From Anaerolineae bacterium (GTDB lineage: Bacteria; Chloroflexota; Anaerolineae; JAAEKA01), in assembly GCA_049294015.1 (NCBI GenBank), contig JBAQCH010000024.1:62226-126225 (forward strand): a stretch of 64,000 nucleotides of DNA, in the 5' to 3' direction. This document shows positions 57,226-64,000 of this stretch, piece after piece. The notes under the pieces were generated by a model that made no database searches, was not told where the DNA came from, and worked only from the letters and a program-made list of their open reading frames with translations. Position numbers and translations under genes: made by a program. Positions within the stretch are counted from its first letter, which is position 1, and each line of letters starts with the position of its first letter.

Positions 57226-57968
57226 GGAACGAGACGAGAAGTAGCCTGGCGCGTTCCCGTTTGATTGCGCCGATGATCGCCTTGCTCTTGATTCTCTGCG
57301 GCGCGCTGCTGCTGGGTGGAGCGATCGTACGGCCACGTCTAGCCGCAGCAGCCGAGCGACTGCTGCGCCTGAGCGCCTGGTTCGCCGACCCCGCGGCCAA
57401 CCCGGAGTGGACGGTGCTGGCCGGCGTGCGCTGCCAGCCCGACGCGCCCATGCTGCTGCCCACGGCCGGCTACATCGGCTTCGGTTGGGACGACAGCTTC
57501 CGCCCCGGCCACCGCCACAGCGGCTACGACATCTTCAGCCCCGAACGAGCGGTCAACGTCACCCCGGTGATCGCGGCCCACGACGGCTACCTGACACGTG
57601 AGCCAGGCTGGCGCAGCGCAGTGATCATCCGCCACCCCGACTTCCCCGCCATCGTCCCCGGCGAGCAGATCTGGACCTACTACACCCACATGGCCTCGGC
57701 CGACGGCAGCCAGTCCTTCATCGCGCCGCAGTTCCCGGCCGGCTCACGCGAGCTATTCGTGCCGGCCGGCACGCTGCTGGGCTACCAGGGCAACTGGTCC
57801 GGCAACGTCGCCAGCCCCACCGGCATCCACCTGCACTTCTCCGTCGTCAAGTCCACTTCCGGGGGCAGCTACGCCGACGAGACCGACATCAGCAACACCT
57901 ACGATCCAGGTCCCTTTCTGGGCGTCACGCGCAACGCGGCCGGCGTGCTGGTCTGCGGCGCAGAATGA
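57222..57968 (+). CDS. M23-family metallopeptidase with N-terminal TM/signal
   Basis: HxxxD (HRHSGYDIF) and HxH (IHLHFSV) motifs. Confidence 0.75.
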   Translation: MRNETRSSLARSRLIAPMIALLLILCGALLLGGAIVRPRLAAAAERLLRLSAWFADPAANPEWTVLAGVRCQPDAPMLLPTAGYIGFGWDDSFRPGHRHSGYDIFSPERAVNVTPVIAAHDGYLTREPGWRSAVIIRHPDFPAIVPGEQIWTYYTHMASADGSQSFIAPQFPAGSRELFVPAGTLLGYQGNWSGNVASPTGIHLHFSVVKSTSGGSYADETDISNTYDPGPFLGVTRNAAGVLVCGAE

Positions 57969-57974
57969 TCCCTC

Positions 57975-58045
57975 GCCAATCGTCGCGTAGGTCCGGCTAC
58001 CAGCCGGACAGCACGCCTGTCACGTTGATAACGTGACCTACGCGC
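57975..58045 (+). repeat. REP-unit copy (ggtccggctaccagccggac + GTCACGTTGATAACGTGAC palindrome) on the 3' side of the RAYT gene
   Basis: Same unit as the array at 58590-59160. Confidence 0.65.
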
Positions 58046-58562
58046 AACAGTCTTCGCCAAACCCAATCAACGATTCGGGCAGGTTCCAACCCCACTCGTC
58101 AGGATAGACGCCTCTTGTCTTCCACTGCAGAAAGCTGCTGTGTTGCCAGTCTTCCGGCTTATTGACATAGCCATGCTTGACCGGGTTGTAGTGGATGTAG
58201 TGCAAATGGTTGGCGAAATCATCTTCGTCCCGGATGATGTGATCCCAATAGCGCTTCTGCCAAAACTTCATCGATCCTTGCACACCAATGGTTGTTTTGT
58301 ACGCCTTGGTGAAGTTTGGCTTGATCGAGTGCATGATTTGGGTGTTGGTGACACCATGCATCGGCTTGAACAACAGGTGAAAATGGTCGGGAAGGAAGAC
58401 GAAAGCCAGCATCGCGAAAGGATACAACCGCTGCGCTTCGTGTATGATCTCACGCAGAAGATCGAGGTGTTGGATGTTTCGAAACACAGGAACGCGTCCC
58501 TCAACTACTTGGGTGATGAAGACAATCGAGTCGGGTACGTAATAGCGGCGTATGTTGGTCAT
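58038..58562 (-). CDS. REP-associated tyrosine transposase (RAYT; IS200/IS605 TnpA-like HuH enzyme)
   Basis: HuH motif DHFHLLF, catalytic Tyr region ..RYWDHIIRDEDDFANHLHYIHYNPVKHG..; flanked on both sides by REP palindromes; start refined to MTNIRRYY. Confidence 0.8.
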   Translation of the reverse strand: MTNIRRYYVPDSIVFITQVVEGRVPVFRNIQHLDLLREIIHEAQRLYPFAMLAFVFLPDHFHLLFKPMHGVTNTQIMHSIKPNFTKAYKTTIGVQGSMKFWQKRYWDHIIRDEDDFANHLHYIHYNPVKHGYVNKPEDWQHSSFLQWKTRGVYPDEWGWNLPESLIGFGEDCCA

Positions 58563-58589
58563 TGGTATCCCTCCTTGGAAAACGTGTTG

Positions 58590-59160
58590 CGAACGCATGT
58601 CACGTTGATAACGTGACCTACGCCACATCCTTGGTAGGTCCGGCTACCAGCCGGACAGAGCGCCCGTCACGTTGATAACGTGACCTACGCGCATCGTTGG
58701 TAGGTCCGGCTACCAGCCGGACAGAGCGCCCGTCACGTTGATAACGTGACCTACGCCGCATCGTTGCGCAGGTCCGGCTACCAGCCGGACAGAGCGCCCG
58801 TCACGTTGATAACGTGACCTACGCGCATCGTTGGTAGGTCCGGCTACCAGCCGGACGGCACGCCTGTCACGTTGGTAACGTGACCTACGCCGCATCGTCG
58901 CGTAGGTCCGGCTACCAGCCGGACAGCACGCCTGTCACGTTGGTAACGTGACCTACGCCGCATCGTCGCGTAGGTCCGGCTACCAGCCGGACAGCACGCA
59001 TGTCACGTTGATAACGTGACCTACGCGCATTGTTGATAGGTCCGGCTATCAGCCAGACAGCACGCATGTCACGTTGATAACGTGACCTACGCGCATTGTT
59101 GGTAGGTCCGGCTACCAGCCGGACAGCACGCCTGTCACGTTGCTAACGTGACTACTGCTG
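58590..59160 (+). repeat. Tandem array of about 9 REP units of roughly 66 bp; each unit has palindrome GTCACGTT-GAT-AACGTGAC and a second hairpin TCCGGCT-ACC-AGCCGGA (REPIN/BIME-like)
   Basis: Directly visible periodicity of about 66 bp; units differ by a few substitutions (gataacg/ggtaacg/gctaacg). Confidence 0.85.
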
Positions 59161-59204
59161 ATTTTAGCATGAGTGTGCCATGACGACAAGGGCGCAAAAG
59201 CATC

Positions 59205-59245
59205 CACCCTCTTCCCGCCTGGTTGGAGGAAAGAGGGTGGATCAG
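59205..59245 (-). terminator. Rho-independent terminator of the NHL-repeat gene (stem atccaccctctt / aagagggtggat, then T-run on the minus strand)
   Basis: Minus-strand read: stem-loop followed by gcttttgcg. Confidence 0.55.
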
Positions 59246-59297
59246 ACCAAACTGCCGAGCGATACGGCGCAGGTCACGAGGCGCCGCGGCCCGACAC

Positions 59298-62200
59298 CTA
59301 CTGCGCTGGCGTAATGCGCACGTCGTCTACGTAGCGGGTCGAGGTGGTGTTCGCATCGCCGTTCCATAGATCAAGGGACGCCGACAGGCTGGTTGCCACA
59401 GCCAGTGCAGCTGCATCGCTAGGCACATGGCTGCCGATCATGGCGCCATTCAAATAGAAGCGCAGTTGTGCCGTCGTCGGGACGATTTCTATTCGGGCGA
59501 CATGCCAGGTATTATACGGCACCGAGACGCTGGCCGTTTGATATTCCATCCTCCAACCTGTTCCCTCTGGCACCAGGATCCCGCAACTAAAGTCTGCGTT
59601 CTGGTTGCCTTGGCTCCCGTTCAGACCACATAGTGCCGTCCAGCCGTGGTTGTTCACGAACGCATGCACTTTGAGTTGGACTGATGAGTGACCACCGAGA
59701 CGATCATCGCTGATTTTCATGCGCCCTGCGATGTACCACGTTTGTTGTGGCGAGCGCGGCAGTCGTTGCCGTGTCTGAAGTTGAGCACCGCTACCCTGGG
59801 GTGAAGGAGTCGTGCTCCAGAGCACCATGGCGCCGTTCTGCTGCGCAGCGTGGAAGGGAGTGTCGCCTTCCCATGACCACAATAACGGGTTCCAGGTCCC
59901 GTCATAGGCGGGATTGTCGAAGCTGTCGTAGATATCGGTCAAGGGATCGTAGCCCTTAACCGAGATCGGCAGGAAAGTCCGATACCAGGCGTTGACGTAG
60001 GCCGGTCGGGTCAGCGTGTGGCTGTCCATGCCGTCGCCCACCGTCAGCCGCACGGTGTAAGCGCCGGCCGCTGAGTATGTGTGCGTCGGGTTGGCGGCCG
60101 TGCTGCTCTGGCCGTCGCCGAAGTCCCACTGCGTGCTGGCGACGTCGCCGGCCGAGGCGTTGCTGAAGCTGACGGCCAGCGGCGGCCGGCCGGTGAGCGG
60201 CGTGGCGCTGAAGTCAGCGGTGACGGTCTTCTGCCAGATCTGGTTGCCGACGCCATCGGTAGACGTGCCGATGAAGAGTCGGTTGCCGAACACCACCACC
60301 GAATTGCCCCAGTTAGGGCCGGTGTTGTTGCCGTTGCCGAAGCCGGCCGGGGCATCCTGCTCCCATTGCTGACCGTTGGCCGAGCGCCAGACCTGCGTGC
60401 CCTCGCCAGATCGGTTGCTGGTCAGGGCATACATGCGACCGCGCAGCACTGGCAGCGCCATGATGCGGCGATTCCAGCCATCGCCAAAGCCGCCGGTCAT
60501 CATCTGGCTCCAGTCGCTGCCGTTGCAGACCGAGCAGCGCCAGAGTTGGGCCCCTGTGGTCCAGTTGGTGGTGCCGGCATAGAGCAAGCCACCAAAGGAC
60601 GCCAACGACGCAACCCCAGCGTTGTCGATGTCGCCAAAGCCACCGGCGTTGACCAGGGTCCAGGTTGTGCCGTTGCTGCTGCGCCAGACCTGCCCGCCAG
60701 CCGGCTCATTGAACGTGCCTGCGTACAACGCACCGTTGTGTTCCTGAAAGGTCATAGCGCCTTGATTACCTGCATCGCCCAGGCCCCCGATGACGACGCG
60801 CGTCCAACTGCCTGCATTGCCCGTGCTGCTGCGCCAGATTTCGCCGCCGGTTGCAGTGTTGAGCGTGCTGGCATAGAGCTGGCCGCCGAAGACCACCATC
60901 CGGAAAATCTCCAGGTTGTCCGTATCGCCAAAGCCGCCGTCGGCCACCAGCGACCAGTTGACGCCGTTGGCGCTGCGCCAGACCTGGCCGCCCAAGGTGT
61001 AGCCGTTGTTGCAGTCTGGGTCGCAGGCGTAGTGGCCCGTGCTGGCGTAGAGCTGGCCGTTGAACTCGACCAGATGATCGATCCAGTAGTTCTCACCGCC
61101 CAGGCCGTTGGTCACCACCGCGCTCCAGTCGCCGCCGGCGTTCTGCCGCCAGATCCAGGGCGCATTGTTGTGTGCGCCGCCCGCGTACAGTCGGCCGCCG
61201 AAGGCAGTCAAGCCGCCCAGGAACGACCAGCGCTCGCCAAAGCCGGTGACGTTGACCTGCTTCCAGCCCGGCACGCCCGGGCTGAACTTCTGCACACGGT
61301 GGTTGTCTCTCTCAGCCACGTAGACATTGCCCTCTTTGTCCACCGCCACGTCCACGGCGTCGCGCAGGCCGCCGCTGCTGCTGCTATACACGCCGCCGAT
61401 GGTGGCCAGATACGCGCCAGTGGCGTCGAACACCTGCACCCGGTCGTTCCAGGGATCGGCCACGTAGACGCGGCCGGCGGCGTCGACAGCCACATCCATA
61501 GGAACGATGTGGCCGTTGTCATTGCCAAACACCCCGGTTTCGCCGGCGAAAGTCGTGCAAGCGTAGTCGTTGGCTGACAGCAGGCACTTCTGCACGCGGT
61601 AATTGCTCACGTCAGCCACGTAGACCGCGCCGCTGGCGTCCACGGCCACGCCCCGCGGCCAGCTGAAGTGACGGTTGTCGCTGCCCTGCTCGTCCAGCAC
61701 ACCTAAGGTCATGCGATAGACCCAATGGCGGGTGTAGACCTGGATGCGCTGGTTGCCGTGGTCGACCACGAAGATGTCGCCGGTGGCCGGGCTGACGGCG
61801 ATGCCAACCGGACCCTCGAACTCGTGGTTGCCGACGCCCCACGCGCCAAAGGTGGCGTGATAGCTGCCGTCGGCGTTGAAGATCTGGATACGGTTGTTGG
61901 GCGTGTCGGGCACGTAGGCGCGACCGGCCGTGTCGACGGCGATGCTGCCCTCGGGTCCGGTCCACCACTGGCCGAAGTGGGCGTTATCGTCGCCGTAGAT
62001 GCCGGCTTCGCCCACGGTCCACTGCACCGCGCCGCTGGCATCCAGCTTGAGCAGCCGGTAGCCGCGGTTTTCAGTCACGTAGACGCTGCCATCCGCGCCC
62101 ACGCCGATGCCCCAAGGACTGTTCAAGTGCTGGCCGTCGGTCACGTAAGGCACGCCGCTGACGCCGGCAAAGACGCCCATAGGGCTGCCCGTGCTGCTGA

Positions 62201-63326
62201 ACTTGCGCACAGTAAAGTCGTCCCAAACGTTGATGTAGACGTTGCCAGCGCTGTCTGTGGCCACGTCTGACGGCCAGGCCAGCCCGTTGATCAGAATGCT
62301 GCAACTGCCGGTGGTGGTGCAGCGCTTGATGCGGCCGTTGCCGCTGTCGGCGATGTAGATGCTGTTGCCCGCAACATCCCGGCCCAGGCCATAGGCCCAG
62401 TTCAGTTGGTCATCTGCGCCGCCCGCCATACCCGTGCCGTGGAAGGTCGAACAGGTCCATGCGCCGCTGAAGGTGCAGCGCTGCACGCGGGAGTTCTCCA
62501 CGTCGGCCACGTAGAGCCGGTTGCTGCTGTCGATAGCGATCTCAGATGGATGGTTGAAGTGGCTGTTATCGCTGCCCGGTTGGCCGGTCACGCCGATGGT
62601 CGCCTGGTAGGTCAGGCTGGTGCCAGACACGGTGAACACCTGCACGCGATGGTTGTTGTCGTCAGCCACGAACAGCCGGCCTGTGCTGTCGAAGGCGATG
62701 CCGCGCGGCTGGTCGAAGCGGTTGTTGCCGCTGCCTGAGTTCCAGGGCTCATCGTCGGGATAGCGCAGAAGCAGGTTGCCGGCCGGGTCGAAGGCCTTGA
62801 CCGCGTGGCCGATGGTCACCCAGATGTTGCCGGCGGCGTCCGCTGTCACGCCCTTGGGCCAGGCCAGGAACCGGTCGTGGTGCCAGGGCTGCCCTGCCGC
62901 GCCGACGATCAGAGTGTTGGCGCCGCTGGCGTTGTAGCGCAGCAAGCGATGCCCCGACTCTTCGACCACGTAGAGCGAGTTGTTATTATCGATGAACAAG
63001 CCATTGGGATCGTTGAGGTGCTGCGCGTCGGCCAGGTAAGGGGTCTCGGTCTGGCCGAAGGTCTGCACGTGGCGAAAGCTCAGGCCTGGCTGGCCGATGG
63101 GCACGGCGGGACTGGCTGCCGCGTCCGGCTGGTCACCGGCAGGACGTTGCAGCCACGGCTGCGGCCCTTGCTGTGCTGGCTCTGGGGCTGGTCTGGCCGA
63201 TGGAACAGCCGGCCGGCTGCTGTCCGGCGGCTGCGGCCTTTGCGCGGCTGCGCTGAGCACGGAGCCGGCCAGCAGCGTCACGGCCAGCACAAGGCTGAAG
63301 AGGCGATTGAGATGTCTGCGTTGCAT
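59298..63326 (-). CDS. Secreted 1342-aa NHL-repeat beta-propeller protein with PKD domain and C-terminal concanavalin/LamG-like domain
   Basis: Signal peptide MQRRHLNRLFSLVLAVTLLAGSVLSAAAQ; more than 10 NHL-type repeats (..NHRVQVF.., ..NNRIQIF.., ..GNQRIQVY.., ..DNHRVQKF..); PKD domain ..TQWDFGDGQSSTAANPTHTYSAAGAYTVRLTV... The track ORF begins upstream at a GTG; the Met plus signal peptide is the preferred start. Confidence 0.8.
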   Translation of the reverse strand: MQRRHLNRLFSLVLAVTLLAGSVLSAAAQRPQPPDSSRPAVPSARPAPEPAQQGPQPWLQRPAGDQPDAAASPAVPIGQPGLSFRHVQTFGQTETPYLADAQHLNDPNGLFIDNNNSLYVVEESGHRLLRYNASGANTLIVGAAGQPWHHDRFLAWPKGVTADAAGNIWVTIGHAVKAFDPAGNLLLRYPDDEPWNSGSGNNRFDQPRGIAFDSTGRLFVADDNNHRVQVFTVSGTSLTYQATIGVTGQPGSDNSHFNHPSEIAIDSSNRLYVADVENSRVQRCTFSGAWTCSTFHGTGMAGGADDQLNWAYGLGRDVAGNSIYIADSGNGRIKRCTTTGSCSILINGLAWPSDVATDSAGNVYINVWDDFTVRKFSSTGSPMGVFAGVSGVPYVTDGQHLNSPWGIGVGADGSVYVTENRGYRLLKLDASGAVQWTVGEAGIYGDDNAHFGQWWTGPEGSIAVDTAGRAYVPDTPNNRIQIFNADGSYHATFGAWGVGNHEFEGPVGIAVSPATGDIFVVDHGNQRIQVYTRHWVYRMTLGVLDEQGSDNRHFSWPRGVAVDASGAVYVADVSNYRVQKCLLSANDYACTTFAGETGVFGNDNGHIVPMDVAVDAAGRVYVADPWNDRVQVFDATGAYLATIGGVYSSSSGGLRDAVDVAVDKEGNVYVAERDNHRVQKFSPGVPGWKQVNVTGFGERWSFLGGLTAFGGRLYAGGAHNNAPWIWRQNAGGDWSAVVTNGLGGENYWIDHLVEFNGQLYASTGHYACDPDCNNGYTLGGQVWRSANGVNWSLVADGGFGDTDNLEIFRMVVFGGQLYASTLNTATGGEIWRSSTGNAGSWTRVVIGGLGDAGNQGAMTFQEHNGALYAGTFNEPAGGQVWRSSNGTTWTLVNAGGFGDIDNAGVASLASFGGLLYAGTTNWTTGAQLWRCSVCNGSDWSQMMTGGFGDGWNRRIMALPVLRGRMYALTSNRSGEGTQVWRSANGQQWEQDAPAGFGNGNNTGPNWGNSVVVFGNRLFIGTSTDGVGNQIWQKTVTADFSATPLTGRPPLAVSFSNASAGDVASTQWDFGDGQSSTAANPTHTYSAAGAYTVRLTVGDGMDSHTLTRPAYVNAWYRTFLPISVKGYDPLTDIYDSFDNPAYDGTWNPLLWSWEGDTPFHAAQQNGAMVLWSTTPSPQGSGAQLQTRQRLPRSPQQTWYIAGRMKISDDRLGGHSSVQLKVHAFVNNHGWTALCGLNGSQGNQNADFSCGILVPEGTGWRMEYQTASVSVPYNTWHVARIEIVPTTAQLRFYLNGAMIGSHVPSDAAALAVATSLSASLDLWNGDANTTSTRYVDDVRITPAQ

Positions 63327-63671
63327 GGTACCCTCCGAGATGTGATGCGTCGATGGTGCGTTCAGAGGCGCCAGCGGCCAAAACCGCTGGCGCCCTGCTG
63401 ATACCCGGAGACTCCCCGGGTCTCCTGGCATAGAGGTAACTCGGCCAAGCCAAAGCTGGCCGAGGCATCTCTCGCTTTGTCCCCCGCGGATGGAGCCGCC
63501 GAGGCAACCCGGTCGGTCTGCAGGTATCAGCACGCTCACTGTACCATGCGGCCGCTACGAAATTGCTACCTGGCGGCCCGATTGTGAAAACTGGTGGCTG
63601 GGAGGCAGTGCAGCGTAGTCTGCAACTATTTTTGGCTGTCGCTCCGCAGCGGGTTGAGGGTGGGGAGACGA

Positions 63672-64000
63672 TTAGAGCGCTTCCATCTCAGCCTCAGCGT
63701 CGCGGCGTCTTTGCAGCAACATGCGCAGGCTGCTGGTGTTGCCCGAGCTGCGATGGCGCTCGATCAGCCAGGCAGTTGCTTCTTCATCCAGCGGCTCAGC
63801 CTGGTGAATGGTCTCCCAGAGATCGGCGGCGCGCGCTAGGTCTTGCTCAGCGCGCGCCAAGGCGCGCAGCCCGCTCAGCCAGCGCTGGCGCAGGCCCTCG
63901 CGCGCCGGCTCGAGCAGGGATGCGGGCAGGTACGATTCGTCGGGCAGCAGCCCTTGGGGAGCATAGAGCGCAACGGCTTGCTGCCAGCAGGCCAGGCCCT
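63672..64000 (-). CDS. C-terminal part of a BTAD/SARP-like TPR regulatory protein (gene continues beyond the window end)
   Basis: The reading frame is open to position 64000; ..LRALARAEQDLARAADLWETIHQAEPLDEEATAWLIERHRSSGNTSSLRMLLQRRRDAEAEMEAL* resembles a bacterial transcriptional activator domain. Confidence 0.4.
   Translation of the reverse strand, partial: GLACWQQAVALYAPQGLLPDESYLPASLLEPAREGLRQRWLSGLRALARAEQDLARAADLWETIHQAEPLDEEATAWLIERHRSSGNTSSLRMLLQRRRDAEAEMEAL

Noticed and set aside
58590-59160. Periodic ~66-bp array that at first glance resembles a CRISPR array
   Set aside because: The would-be spacers are near-identical to each other and are themselves palindromic (TCCGGCTACCAGCCGGA). 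The repeat GTCACGTTGATAACGTGAC is a perfect palindrome typical of REP, a RAYT transposase is adjacent, and no cas genes are present. Called as a REP/REPIN array instead.
63327-63539. N-terminal 71-aa extension of the NHL protein from a GTG start
   Set aside because: No signal peptide at that start; the downstream Met is followed by a textbook signal peptide, and the extension region contains a strong hairpin, suggesting leader RNA.

Overview
High-GC (by eye roughly 65-70%, not computed) bacterial chromosomal segment. The gene content (SufR-regulated SUF operon, Taq-like M32 carboxypeptidase, GEVED-domain secreted protein, NHL/PKD giant protein) weakly suggests Chloroflexota, but that is inference only. 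No rRNA, tRNA or CRISPR array was recognised. Gene starts in the feature list are refined by frame arithmetic from the ORF track and may be off by a few nt. Main content, left to right: (1) a 5'-truncated Type I restriction-modification operon (hsdM ... hsdS ... hsdR, 1-15627). Four visibly lower-GC cargo genes are inserted in it exactly at the overlapping ATGA stop/start gene junctions. They are a DUF1016/YhcG-like nuclease between hsdM and hsdS, then a 1182-aa uncharacterised protein, a GmrSD-like DUF262/DUF1524 enzyme and a Schlafen/AlbA_2-wHTH protein between hsdS and hsdR. Each insertion is flanked by duplicated, partly diverged copies of the hsdM 3' end, the hsdS 3' end and the hsdR 5' end, which I read as recombination scars. 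The 1182-aa protein is the best candidate for an undescribed defence component. (2) Acyl-CoA metabolism genes (NUDIX CoA pyrophosphatase, ADP-forming acetyl-CoA synthetase, FadD, tandem thioesterase). (3) A complete SUF Fe-S operon on the minus strand (sufR-sufC-sufB-sufD-rhodanese-sufU-sufS-sufU-Rieske-sufT) whose genes are separated by a family of palindromic heptamer-repeat elements. (4) A hybrid histidine kinase with two LuxR-type response regulators, one of them lacking the phospho-acceptor Asp. (5) An oligopeptide-type ABC permease pair, one fused to a PQQ-like beta-propeller. (6) An orphan DNA methyltransferase next to a DUF433/DUF5615 pair, a higBA module and a second DUF433 gene. (7) A REP-associated tyrosine transposase (RAYT) flanked by a ~10-copy REP array. 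(8) A 1342-aa secreted NHL-repeat/PKD protein. Other repeats: a ~38-bp palindromic element inserted in-frame in both hsdM and hsdR, a heptamer-repeat element that encodes the inter-domain linker of the acetyl-CoA synthetase, and a 47-bp perfect AT-rich palindrome.
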